From IMG/VR virus record IMGVR_UViG_3300021256_000060: DNA of 40,584 bases; one strand, given 5' to 3'. Positions 27,048 through 36,865 of the stretch are shown in pieces. The translations under genes were made by a program, and so were the position numbers. Numbering within the stretch: the first letter of the stretch is position 1; each line of letters starts with the position of its first letter. Source of the stretch: an uncultured virus (IMG/VR IMGVR_UViG_3300021256_000060). Its lineage: Duplodnaviria > Heunggongvirae > Uroviricota > Caudoviricetes. Under the pieces are notes generated by a model. The model was not told the origin of the DNA and ran no database searches. It saw only the letters and a list, made by a program, of their open reading frames with translations.

Positions 27048-29318
27048 ATGAAATTAATTAACCACGTTGAGCCAATCATGCAGCTCTTGAACTCCCCTCA
27101 TGTAGGCCAGTTCTTAGAGTTCGAAGAAGGAGGTAATATCTCTAAGAGTGATATTGAACACTTTGTACTGGTTCATCTCTCCCATCCTGGAGAACTTGAT
27201 AATCTGCTTGATGTGAAAAAGAAGGCTAAGAAGAAGGCAGTTGTCGAAGAGGAAGAAGATGTATCTGAGGAAGATGTGGTAAACATGTCTGAAGCGGAGA
27301 CTCTTCAGTTGATTCGTCGTATCCGTAAAATCAACTGCCCGTCAATCAATGTGCTTAAAGACAATGGTTGGTTCCTTTGCCCGATCTATGTTGGTGTAAC
27401 TGAGCTTCGTCCTTTGATTTGCAAGAAGCTTCCTGCAAAAAAAGGATACAAACTGGTTATCTTAGATGCATCTATTGGCAATATTGAGGGTCTCTTCACT
27501 AAAGACAATCTTAAGGAATGGGAACTCAATTCCATGCGTAAGCTGGATATGCACTTTGATAATAGTGGTCTTGGCTTCAAGTCCATGAGTGTGTTCATTC
27601 ATAAGAAGGATGATATCTTCACCAAACGTATGCGTAATGCAGTAAATCGTTTAGAAACCACTCAGCGTACTCGTATTAAGTTGGGTAATATACTGGTAGA
27701 TGAGGTTATCAGTATCGTTGGTCAGGAAGCTTATATTAACAATAAGCAGAATCTGGCTAAGAGCAACAAGTCCAAGTCTTCTGTTACTGAATACGATACC
27801 AATGACGTAAAGATCATCAAATATATTGAGAAGGCATATAAGCGTATCAATAAGACAGCTGAGAAGATGGACGTGAAGACTCCTATTCGTCGTCATAAAT
27901 CTTTTGACGCTGTTATAGAACAGATTATAGCCGAAGAGAAACTTGAGCATCAGGATCGTGCAAACGCTTGGCTCAAGTCTATCAATGATGGAGTTGCTAA
28001 TTTAGAGGCTTGGAAGAATGCTTCCAATGGTAATACTGGTATGCCTACCTTAGAGTATGCTATGAGCGTTGTCCGCAATGAGATTGATGAATCTCAGAAA
28101 GGTGATGAAGCGATCGATATCCAGAAGCTTGCTCAGGAATGGATCGATAATGTCAAAGTTGGTATTAATAAGCTCAAGGACTGGAAGGAATCCTATAAGC
28201 AGAATCTCATTGATGAAGGAGAAGATGAGGAAACTATCAGTGTGCCGGATATGCCGACAATGGAAGATGCTCTAGCTGAAACTAAGCAGCTTGGCGTTCA
28301 TGACTACATTGAATCGTTCCTCACCTATGTAAACGTACAGAACTACATGCAGTATGTGAAATCTGAAAAGGATGCTGAACTGGTAGTAAATGAATTGGTT
28401 CATGAATCCTATCTCTGGGAATATATTGAAGGTATTAAGGGCTGTGGTGAGATCACTGCAGCATATATCCTTTCTGATATTGATTTCCGCAGCACTGTTC
28501 ATGCATCTTCAGTAGTTAGATATCTCGGTCTTGATAATATCACTACTGTTCCTGATCGTGAAGGCAAACCTGTTAGTGAAGAGCAGTTGCCGTTGATTAT
28601 TCGTTTCCTGTTCCATAACTATAATCTCATCCGTACTAGAGAAGATAATTCTGATCAGGATGATATCGGTGTTCTGCCTCCGATTAGTGAAGATACATTC
28701 TATCGTTATGCTTCTGAAATGGTCGAGGATTGGAGCGAGTATAAGGCTATCGAAAAGGTTATTAAGACTAAGGGAGTCAATAAGATGGATCCCCATAAGA
28801 TCTTAGAACTGGATACCAACTTTGCTGAACTCGTGCAGAAAGTATGGGAACATTGTGATATTATTGAATATCGCAATCAGCGTGGTGAGATGATTCCTAC
28901 AATTAAGAAGCATGCTCGTTCCAAGAAAGATAGTGTTGTTACTACGTTCTTGGATAAGAACGGTAATATCTCCACTAAGAAGAGCCTTGGCTATAATACC
29001 AAACTCAAGGCTAGAATCATTGAGATCATGTTTGGTTCTATGATGAAGGCTAAGAATGAGTTCTATTATGGTGAACTCTATCTCGGATTCAGAGAACGTA
29101 AAGTTAATGAATATCTTGCTCAAGGTAAAGATCCTGAGATTCATAAGAATCATATCCATATGCAGGCTCGTCGTTATGCAGTACAAATATTCATTGAGAA
29201 TCTGTGGATGTGGGTTCGTCAGAAAAAGGGCTGGCCAACGAATGGTGGTACCTATTACGAGGCTAAACTCAAAGGTACTCATGGTCATGGCTTAGCTATG
29301 AATAGCCCACTTAATTAA
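27048..29318 (+). CDS. Nop-domain / IS110-C-terminal-like RNA-binding protein, TIGR-associated Tas-like (no recognisable nuclease)
   Basis: Coiled-coil motif MRNAVNRLETTQRTRIKLGNIL; Transposase_20/Nop-like motif YIEGIKGCGEITAAYILSDID...SSVVRYLGLD; C-terminal YNTKLKARI...HIHMQARRYAVQIFIENLW...GWP...YYEAKL...HGH. No IS110 DEDD RuvC motif seen at the N-terminus. Confidence 0.8.
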   Translation: MKLINHVEPIMQLLNSPHVGQFLEFEEGGNISKSDIEHFVLVHLSHPGELDNLLDVKKKAKKKAVVEEEEDVSEEDVVNMSEAETLQLIRRIRKINCPSINVLKDNGWFLCPIYVGVTELRPLICKKLPAKKGYKLVILDASIGNIEGLFTKDNLKEWELNSMRKLDMHFDNSGLGFKSMSVFIHKKDDIFTKRMRNAVNRLETTQRTRIKLGNILVDEVISIVGQEAYINNKQNLAKSNKSKSSVTEYDTNDVKIIKYIEKAYKRINKTAEKMDVKTPIRRHKSFDAVIEQIIAEEKLEHQDRANAWLKSINDGVANLEAWKNASNGNTGMPTLEYAMSVVRNEIDESQKGDEAIDIQKLAQEWIDNVKVGINKLKDWKESYKQNLIDEGEDEETISVPDMPTMEDALAETKQLGVHDYIESFLTYVNVQNYMQYVKSEKDAELVVNELVHESYLWEYIEGIKGCGEITAAYILSDIDFRSTVHASSVVRYLGLDNITTVPDREGKPVSEEQLPLIIRFLFHNYNLIRTREDNSDQDDIGVLPPISEDTFYRYASEMVEDWSEYKAIEKVIKTKGVNKMDPHKILELDTNFAELVQKVWEHCDIIEYRNQRGEMIPTIKKHARSKKDSVVTTFLDKNGNISTKKSLGYNTKLKARIIEIMFGSMMKAKNEFYYGELYLGFRERKVNEYLAQGKDPEIHKNHIHMQARRYAVQIFIENLWMWVRQKKGWPTNGGTYYEAKLKGTHGHGLAMNSPLN

Positions 29319-29344
29319 GTTAGCTGTTGTTTAACATAAATTAG

Positions 29345-29382
29345 TGAGGAGAGTCGTAATGACTCTCCTCATATTTTTTTTT
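29345..29382 (+). terminator. Intrinsic terminator of the Tas-like gene
   Basis: TGAGGAGAGTC/GACTCTCCTCA stem followed by a T9 run. Confidence 0.85.
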
Positions 29383-29400
29383 GATTTACTTTTAAATTAA

Positions 29401-29516
29401 ACATACCTAGGTGAAGTAAACGAATAATTTATGGACGTTCTTAATCAAAGGAGCATTTATCTTCAAACACGGACCCCATGAGGCAGGAAACTGCACAGTG
29501 TTTTACCTAGGTATGT
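29401..29516. ncRNA. Candidate structured small RNA between two terminators
   Basis: Closing stem ACATACCTAGGTGAAG/TTTTACCTAGGTATGT (16 bp with two G-U pairs on +) and internal GCAG-GAAA-CTGC tetraloop hairpin. Confidence 0.45.
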
Positions 29517-29545
29517 ACTATATTGTTATATTTGTAAAAAATTAA

Positions 29546-29571
29546 AGGGAGTGCCCATAAGAGCACTCCCC
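29546..29571 (-). terminator. Terminator of the large fibre gene
   Basis: AGGGAGTGC/GCACTCCCT stem followed by TTAATTTTT on the minus strand. Confidence 0.7.
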
Positions 29572-29576
29572 TATTA

Positions 29577-32500
29577 TTATGAGTTTTTACCAGATTTAAT
29601 ACATTCGTATTTCCATCTAGTATCAATATCGACCACATCACCAATCTGATACTTATGACCAGTCTTCATAAATCCAGATCTACGAAGTGCTGAATCATGA
29701 GCTTCTTGATTAATGTTATGAGAATCGATACTTCCTCTTAGACGATTAGTATAATCTACAACAAGGTCTTCAGCAGCACCTATAACAGTATTAGCTATAC
29801 TATGCCCTATTTCGCTAGGAGCTACATTAGCAGTCTTACCTTTGGTTATGCAGTGTAACTTCCAACGATTAGTCGGACTATTCGGGAAGTATACTTCATC
29901 ACCAACGTTATATGTACGGTTAGTTCCATAAGTTCCACCATATACTTTGAAATGAGAAGCATCCGCAGCATTATGATCGGAAATGGATTGAGCAACTTCT
30001 GTAGCAAGAAGTGCCAATTCAGAATCCGAAGGAGTCATAGTCTTGAACTGATTCATACGATTGGTAAGTTTTTGTACATCCAAGTCTGAATCAATAGTTC
30101 TACCAGCAGTAAATGCTGCAGGTCTAGTAGTAGAAGTGGTACCGCTAGTTGTAGCAACTAACACCATACCATTAGGAGCTCCAGGAACATAGACTTCTTG
30201 ACCTTTGGTGAAGGCCATATTAGTCTTGTGCAAGAAACGTCCCATAGAAGAAGTAGAATGGTTATCATTGCTAGATGCATGGATAATCAAATCTTTCTGG
30301 ATATCAATTAATCCACCAAGTCTAGCTTTAGTCTCGAGATTGAGTCTACGACTACCAGTTCTACCACCAGTATTATTGCACTTAGCTTTATATACATGGT
30401 TGTAGATAGCTACGTCTCCATTCTTATAGTTAGTATTCGGTAAAAGAAGTTCATCTCTACCAAACTCATGACCATGAGTACTTTCAGTCTGATCATGATT
30501 TACTAACTTATTCTCAAGGTTAGTGATATATACATGTATATCTCTTTCATTAGCTCTAGTAACGGCTATAGAAGTTCTATTAGCCTCATCAATAGATTCT
30601 GGAGCTATATTAGCGGTAGTACCTGCTTTGATACATTCTAACTTATAGTCTCTATTCATATTAGGTGCTATTACTACATCACCTACTTTGTATGATTGAG
30701 AAGTCATATGCACCATACTATTAGCATTACTATAATAATGAGCTCTAGTATCTACTTCATGATCAGCTATATCTTGAGCAATCTGAGAAGCGTAAGTAGC
30801 AACTATAGCTGCCGTAGGATTAGTCACAGCTCTGATAGAAGCAAGACGATTGCTATTGACAGTTACCCTGTTATCAGTTCCAGAACTTCTTCCACCAAAT
30901 ACAGGTCTAATCTCACTAGTTCTACCACTATTAGTAGCTTGCAGAAGCATAGTAGGTTCTGCTGGGGGCATTACTACATCATTAGTCTGATATACAGTGT
31001 AAGGATGTTGTACTAATCCTCTAGTGTAAGAACTATAATGAGCATAGTCACTCTTCAGATGATCAATATAATTGATTTCAAGATTTATGAGTCGATTCAA
31101 CTCTACCTTAGGATCATCTTTAACCTCAATAACTCTAGTGTCACTAGTAGTACCATCAGTAATACATCTTAACTTGAAGGATCTATTCAATACTACCGTA
31201 TCTCCAACCTTATAATCAGTCGAAGGCATGCGGGAGATGATAGATCCAGAAGCATACTCATGAGCATAGAAGTTATTATTATGCTTAATGATATTATCTT
31301 TAATACGCTTAGTATAGTCAAGAATATTATCAACAGCTGCTCCAACTACGCTCTTAGCCGTCTTGTTGTAGAACGGTGAAGTAGCGGCAGTCTTACCTTT
31401 CTTGATACAACGAAGCTTGAGATCATTAGTAGGACTGTTCGGGAAGTATACTTCGTCTCCAACATTGTACGTGCGGCTAGGAGCATGCATTTCTCCAAGA
31501 GCAGTAAAGTTGGCTCCAGGATTGACATCATGATTTTCGACTGATTGCATAACTTCTGTAGCAAAGTTGGCAACTTGTTGCTCCGTAGGATTGGTATTTC
31601 TGAAAGTATTAATTCTGCTATTGATGGAATCAATTTCTGGATCGTTATCAATAGTCCTACCAGCAGTGAATGCCGAAGGTCTAGTAATAGAGGTCTGTCC
31701 TGTATTAGTAGCAACGAGTACTAGACCGTTTGGTACACCAGGAACGTATACCTCCTGACCTGCATATACTATTTCACCAGTACGATGCATATACTGTGCA
31801 AACGGAATATTGAAATGAACGTTGATTCCACTCTGATGCAAGACTAATTCTCTCTGAGCATCGATTACGCATGCAAGCTTAGCCTTTGCAGCCATATCCA
31901 GTCTAGTAGAAGCAGTAGTACCAGCTTTCGTACATTTGAGACTATAGATGTTATTCGAGATAACAATACTACCAGTATCATAGGGCTTGCTAGCAAGATG
32001 AATCTCATCTCTACCAAACTCATGACCATGAGTACTTTCAGTCTGATCATGATTTACTAACTTCTTTTCAAGGTTAGTAATGTATGCATGTATTTCTCTT
32101 TCATTAGCTCGGATAACGTCCGCAGCAGTTCTATTAGGACCATCGATGGTTTCGGGAGCTTGGGCTGCAGTAGTACCTGCTTTGATACATTCTAACTTAT
32201 AATCTCTATTCATATTAGGTGCTATTACTACATCACCTACTTGATAGGGTTGAGAAGTCATATGTACCATACTATTAGCATTACTATAATAATGAGCTCT
32301 AGTATCTACTTCATGATCAGCTATATCTTGAGCAATCTGAGTAGCATAGTTTGCTACAATAGCTGCTGTCGGATCGATAACCGCTCTAATAGAAGCAAGA
32401 CGACCATTATTGGTAGCAACTCTAGCATCAGTTCCAGAGCTTCTTCCACCAAATGCAGGTCTAACATCATTAGTTCTACCACTATTAGTAGCCATGAGTA

Positions 32501-35500
32501 AGAGACCAGATTCTCCAGGAATCCTAATCATATCATTAGCTTGATAGATAGTGCTAGGATGTTGTACCAATCCTCTAGTGTAAGAACTATAATGAGCATA
32601 GTCACTCTTCAGATGATCAATATAATTGATTTCAAGATTGATAAGTCGATTCAATTCTACTTTAGGATCATCTTTAACCTCAATAACTTTAGTAGTATTG
32701 GTCTTACCAGCAGTGATACATTTTAACTTGAAGGATCTATTCAATATTACCGTATCTCCAACCTTATATTCCGTAGAAGGCATACGAGAAATGATAGATC
32801 CAGAAGCATATTCATGAGCATAGAAGTCATTATTATGAGCCACGATTCTATCTTTAATATGCTTAATGTAATCAAGAACAGTATCTACAGCTGCACCAAT
32901 TACGCCCTTCGCTTGTTTATTATAGAATGGTGAAGTAGCAGCGCTCTTACCTTTCTTGATACAACGAAGCTTAAGATCATTATTCGGGCTATTCGGGAAG
33001 TATACTTCATCACCAACATTATACGTATGGCTAGGAGCATGCATTTCTCCAAGAGCAGTAAAGTTAGCTGCTGGATTAACGTCATGATTCTCGACTGCAC
33101 GCATAACTTCAGTAGCAAACGAAGCAACTTGCTGTTCAGTCGGATTAGTATTCCTAAAGGTATTGATACGACTATTAATAGCATTAACTTCAGGATCACT
33201 ATCAATAGTTCTACCAACAGTGAATGCTGCAGGTCTATTGATAGCAGTCTGTCCTGTATTGGTAGCAACAAGTACGAGACCGTTTGGCACACCAGGAACG
33301 TATACCTCCTGACCAGCGTAGAACCTAGCTCCAGTACGATGCATATAAGCCGCGATAGGAATATTGAAGTGAACATTGATTCCAGTCTGATGCAAGATCA
33401 ATTCTTGCTGAGCATCGATCAAGCAAGCCAGCTTAGCCTTTGCAGCCATATCCAATCTAGTAGAAGCAGTATTACCTGCTCTAGTGCATTTGAGACTATA
33501 GATATTATTAGAGATGACGATAGTATTAGTATCGTAGAACTTGCTAGCAAGATGAATCTCATCTCTACCAAACTCATGACCATGAGAATCAGGATTCGTA
33601 TCATGGGTTTTAAGTTTGACTTCCATAGCATCAATATACTGAGACAGATTATTCGGATCAGCATTTGTTACAGTAGTAGTGCTACGATCAGGATTATCTA
33701 TCTGAATAGGAGGAGTATAAGAAGTAGTACCTGCTTTGATACATTCTAACTTATAGTCTCTATTCATATTAGGTGCTATTACTACATCACCTACTTTGTA
33801 TGATTGAGAAGTCATATGTACCATACTATTAGCATTACTATAATAATGAGCTCTAGTATCTACTTCATGATCAGCTATATCTTGAGCAATTTCAGTTGCT
33901 ATAGAAGCGAGCATGTTGAGACTAGTATTAGTCAAGATCTTGAGCATGCTAATACGAGATTCGGCCTCAGAGATTTTCGCATCAGTACCTTTGCTTCTAC
34001 CGTCAAAGGCAGGTTGATACTGAGAAGTAGTGCCATTAGTAATAGCTTGCAATCTATAGGTAGGACTACCAGGAATTCGTACAACATCGCCAATCTTATA
34101 AGAATGGGAAGTACGATGCATCAAATCTCTAGTAATACTATTTATATGAGTATAATCACTCTTTAAATGTTCTACGAACTTGGTCTCTACACCAATAAGT
34201 CTATTGATAAATACTACCAATGGATCTACCTGACCAAGGATTTCTTGACTAGAAGATTTACCAGCCGTGATACATTTGAGTTTATATGCTCTATTGAGTA
34301 TTACCGTCTTGCCAACCGAATATTCAGTATCCGGCATACGAAGAATAGAATCAGCAAATGCATTTTCATGAGCATTACTATCTTCATCATGCTTATTAAG
34401 ATTCTTCCTAATATTGGATACGTACTCTTCAAGACCTCTAGCACTAGTATTACCAGCCTGTTTAGGCGTAGGATGTGCTGGACTAATAGAAGACGGAGGA
34501 TTCTCAGATGTATAACCAGGACTGATACATTCCAATGCATAATTCAAATCAATATTGGGAGCATACACAATATCACCAATAGAATAGTGACGGTTAGGAG
34601 TATGCTTCAAACAAGTAGAAGCCGTATAGTAATGAGCATCAGGGACTACCTCATGATCATTGAGAAGCTGAGCTACATCTTTAGCATGGGTAGTAAGATC
34701 ACTATCCGTAGGATTATTAAGAGCCTCAATCTGAGTACGCTTATTAATCATACCAGTATAACCTCTATCACCAGCCATTGGTTCTTTCAAGAAAGCAGGT
34801 TTGATAATAGAAGTGATACCATTAGTAGTTGCTTCAAGCATCAAACTACTGCAAAGACCAGGAGCATATACTGCTTCTCCAGCCCCATACGGTTCATTTG
34901 GTTTATGCATTAGGCGATTGGACAATACTTCTCTATGAGAATTATTGTTAATAGTATGATTCATCATATCATTGAGGAGGTTGATCAGAGCCTGCTTATT
35001 AGTCTCTGCATCAATATCCACAATCATGACGTCATTAGCAGTAGTACCTGCCTTGATACACTCAAGTTTATGTGATGGATTCATATCCTTGAGCCATACA
35101 GTATTACCAACACTATAAGCTTTATTTTTTTCTCTAAGGAGATACTCGCCAAATCCATCGAAGTGGGCATCAACGTCTTCTTCATGAGCATCTATATCTC
35201 TTATAGTATCATTAATATAATCATTATACCCAATCTGACTAGCCTCACCAGCATCTTCAGGATCTACAGTATTAGCAATCAATTCAGGAGCTACTTCTGA
35301 GCTAGTACCTGCCTTGATGCATTCTAATGCAAATCCAGATGGTAAGTTAGCTCCGTATACTACCTCTCCCAATTCATAAGCATGATTAGGAGTATGAGTC
35401 ATAGTAGAAGCAGAAGTAAAGTAGTGAGAATCTGTAGATACCAAATGATTCAAATACTTCTGTCTAATATCTGCAGCCCTAGCAGCAATCTCTGCAGGAG

Positions 35501-36863
35501 GAATATTAGTACCCTCAACAGCTATCTTTAGTAGAGTAACCTCATCAATCAACTGATTAATTTCAGATTTGTTAGTAATTCTCTTACCAAAATCTGGTTC
35601 GATAGGAGCACTCATACCATTATTAGTAGCTTGAATTACAAGATTACTTGGAGTACCAGGTACTCTGACTTGACAACCAGTTCTATAATGAGTATTCGTG
35701 TTATGAATCAGGAAGTTGGTAACAGATGCTTTATGCTTATTCTCGAAGAGAGAAATATGATTAGCCCATTTAGTACGCAACTCAGTAAGAGTACCGTATT
35801 GATATTTATTACCAGTATCAACAATGAATTTGTTGAAAGACTCATAAGTCATACCTTCAACAGCAGCAGTACCATCTACTCCACCATCTACAGTATTACT
35901 TCTACCTACTACTTTAGCAGATAACTTATTGTGATCTGTAGGAGTAATGAGGGTAACAGTATCATATCCTGTTTTAGAAACATTAAACAAAGCTTCTAAA
36001 CTATTCAAACCATGATCAGTAGAAGTCATATGCTGAATAAGATACAATTCAACATCTTCAAATTTCTTAGACTGGTCAGAAGAATTCACATCAATAGGAG
36101 TATAAGAGGGAATGGGGAATACATTACCAGAAATACCTACCATTGCTAATGCTTTACTAGGCAAGAATGCTTTATATCCTTTTTCAAACACAAAGTTCAC
36201 ATTCTTACCGATGAATACTGATTTATTGAAGTTATGAGCAGAAGTGGACCAAATATGCTCAAAGATTTCCCGATGTAACTGCTTAATAGCAGATACAACA
36301 ATATCGGATTTAGTATCAATGAATTTAGAAATCCAAGCTTCTAGAATAGATTTTAGAGTCTTTTCATAATCCTCTTCTTCTACTACATCAACACTTCCTA
36401 AGTCATATGAATTATATAAAGTAGCAGAATTGGTAATACGATGATCTGCAGCTTCTAATTGTAAGAATGTTTTAAGATTTGGTACACTAACTTTTCTCCA
36501 TGCACTATAGTAATCATTACTTTTAGAGCGCATAAGAGTATCAATAGTAAATTTATGAGCATTAGGATCAATCTTATGGAATTCTAATTTAGCCTTTAAT
36601 TCCAAAACTGTCCTTAACAGAGAAGATTCACTTACCCTATTAAGAATATCTAATTCATTTAGGATACGTTGTATAGTCTCTGCATGAGATCCTGAGGCTT
36701 CTTCAAGAGCTGTTACTCGATTATCAATTTTATCAGTTTTTTCAAGATTTTCATCAACTTTGGTTTCTAAGTTGATATTAGCGTCAGAAATAGCTTTGAT
36801 AGTATTCTGCAATGAAGTACTTAGTTCGTTCCAGGTAATCAAGTCTTCTCTATTAAAACCCAT
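29577..36863 (-). CDS. Giant repeat-built tail fibre/adhesin-like virion protein
   Basis: 2428 aa. Many copies of YxVGDxV...YKLxCIxAGxT (CBM5/12-like) alternate with helical segments ending in HxxxxxAH, a pattern seen in trimeric phage fibres. RBS GAGGGAGG. Confidence 0.7.
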   Translation of the reverse strand: MGFNREDLITWNELSTSLQNTIKAISDANINLETKVDENLEKTDKIDNRVTALEEASGSHAETIQRILNELDILNRVSESSLLRTVLELKAKLEFHKIDPNAHKFTIDTLMRSKSNDYYSAWRKVSVPNLKTFLQLEAADHRITNSATLYNSYDLGSVDVVEEEDYEKTLKSILEAWISKFIDTKSDIVVSAIKQLHREIFEHIWSTSAHNFNKSVFIGKNVNFVFEKGYKAFLPSKALAMVGISGNVFPIPSYTPIDVNSSDQSKKFEDVELYLIQHMTSTDHGLNSLEALFNVSKTGYDTVTLITPTDHNKLSAKVVGRSNTVDGGVDGTAAVEGMTYESFNKFIVDTGNKYQYGTLTELRTKWANHISLFENKHKASVTNFLIHNTNTHYRTGCQVRVPGTPSNLVIQATNNGMSAPIEPDFGKRITNKSEINQLIDEVTLLKIAVEGTNIPPAEIAARAADIRQKYLNHLVSTDSHYFTSASTMTHTPNHAYELGEVVYGANLPSGFALECIKAGTSSEVAPELIANTVDPEDAGEASQIGYNDYINDTIRDIDAHEEDVDAHFDGFGEYLLREKNKAYSVGNTVWLKDMNPSHKLECIKAGTTANDVMIVDIDAETNKQALINLLNDMMNHTINNNSHREVLSNRLMHKPNEPYGAGEAVYAPGLCSSLMLEATTNGITSIIKPAFLKEPMAGDRGYTGMINKRTQIEALNNPTDSDLTTHAKDVAQLLNDHEVVPDAHYYTASTCLKHTPNRHYSIGDIVYAPNIDLNYALECISPGYTSENPPSSISPAHPTPKQAGNTSARGLEEYVSNIRKNLNKHDEDSNAHENAFADSILRMPDTEYSVGKTVILNRAYKLKCITAGKSSSQEILGQVDPLVVFINRLIGVETKFVEHLKSDYTHINSITRDLMHRTSHSYKIGDVVRIPGSPTYRLQAITNGTTSQYQPAFDGRSKGTDAKISEAESRISMLKILTNTSLNMLASIATEIAQDIADHEVDTRAHYYSNANSMVHMTSQSYKVGDVVIAPNMNRDYKLECIKAGTTSYTPPIQIDNPDRSTTTVTNADPNNLSQYIDAMEVKLKTHDTNPDSHGHEFGRDEIHLASKFYDTNTIVISNNIYSLKCTRAGNTASTRLDMAAKAKLACLIDAQQELILHQTGINVHFNIPIAAYMHRTGARFYAGQEVYVPGVPNGLVLVATNTGQTAINRPAAFTVGRTIDSDPEVNAINSRINTFRNTNPTEQQVASFATEVMRAVENHDVNPAANFTALGEMHAPSHTYNVGDEVYFPNSPNNDLKLRCIKKGKSAATSPFYNKQAKGVIGAAVDTVLDYIKHIKDRIVAHNNDFYAHEYASGSIISRMPSTEYKVGDTVILNRSFKLKCITAGKTNTTKVIEVKDDPKVELNRLINLEINYIDHLKSDYAHYSSYTRGLVQHPSTIYQANDMIRIPGESGLLLMATNSGRTNDVRPAFGGRSSGTDARVATNNGRLASIRAVIDPTAAIVANYATQIAQDIADHEVDTRAHYYSNANSMVHMTSQPYQVGDVVIAPNMNRDYKLECIKAGTTAAQAPETIDGPNRTAADVIRANEREIHAYITNLEKKLVNHDQTESTHGHEFGRDEIHLASKPYDTGSIVISNNIYSLKCTKAGTTASTRLDMAAKAKLACVIDAQRELVLHQSGINVHFNIPFAQYMHRTGEIVYAGQEVYVPGVPNGLVLVATNTGQTSITRPSAFTAGRTIDNDPEIDSINSRINTFRNTNPTEQQVANFATEVMQSVENHDVNPGANFTALGEMHAPSRTYNVGDEVYFPNSPTNDLKLRCIKKGKTAATSPFYNKTAKSVVGAAVDNILDYTKRIKDNIIKHNNNFYAHEYASGSIISRMPSTDYKVGDTVVLNRSFKLRCITDGTTSDTRVIEVKDDPKVELNRLINLEINYIDHLKSDYAHYSSYTRGLVQHPYTVYQTNDVVMPPAEPTMLLQATNSGRTSEIRPVFGGRSSGTDNRVTVNSNRLASIRAVTNPTAAIVATYASQIAQDIADHEVDTRAHYYSNANSMVHMTSQSYKVGDVVIAPNMNRDYKLECIKAGTTANIAPESIDEANRTSIAVTRANERDIHVYITNLENKLVNHDQTESTHGHEFGRDELLLPNTNYKNGDVAIYNHVYKAKCNNTGGRTGSRRLNLETKARLGGLIDIQKDLIIHASSNDNHSTSSMGRFLHKTNMAFTKGQEVYVPGAPNGMVLVATTSGTTSTTRPAAFTAGRTIDSDLDVQKLTNRMNQFKTMTPSDSELALLATEVAQSISDHNAADASHFKVYGGTYGTNRTYNVGDEVYFPNSPTNRWKLHCITKGKTANVAPSEIGHSIANTVIGAAEDLVVDYTNRLRGSIDSHNINQEAHDSALRRSGFMKTGHKYQIGDVVDIDTRWKYECIKSGKNS
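29600..34330 (-). repeat. About three tandem copies of a 1554-bp (518-aa) intragenic unit
   Basis: A near-identical block begins at 30616, 32170 and 33724 (spacing exactly 1554); outer boundaries are approximate. Confidence 0.9.
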
Positions 36864-36865
36864 AT

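Noticed and set aside
27048..29318. Active IS110 insertion sequence
   Set aside because: No N-terminal DEDD RuvC motif or IS ends seen; the gene has a phage-type promoter, RBS and terminator.
29600..34330. Diversity-generating retroelement template/variable repeats
   Set aside because: All copies are in-frame coding, differences do not appear adenine-specific, and no reverse transcriptase is in the window.
30205..35924. Repeated plus-strand and alternate-frame ORFs inside the fibre gene
   Set aside because: They recur only because of the 1554-bp repeat and have no independent initiation signals.
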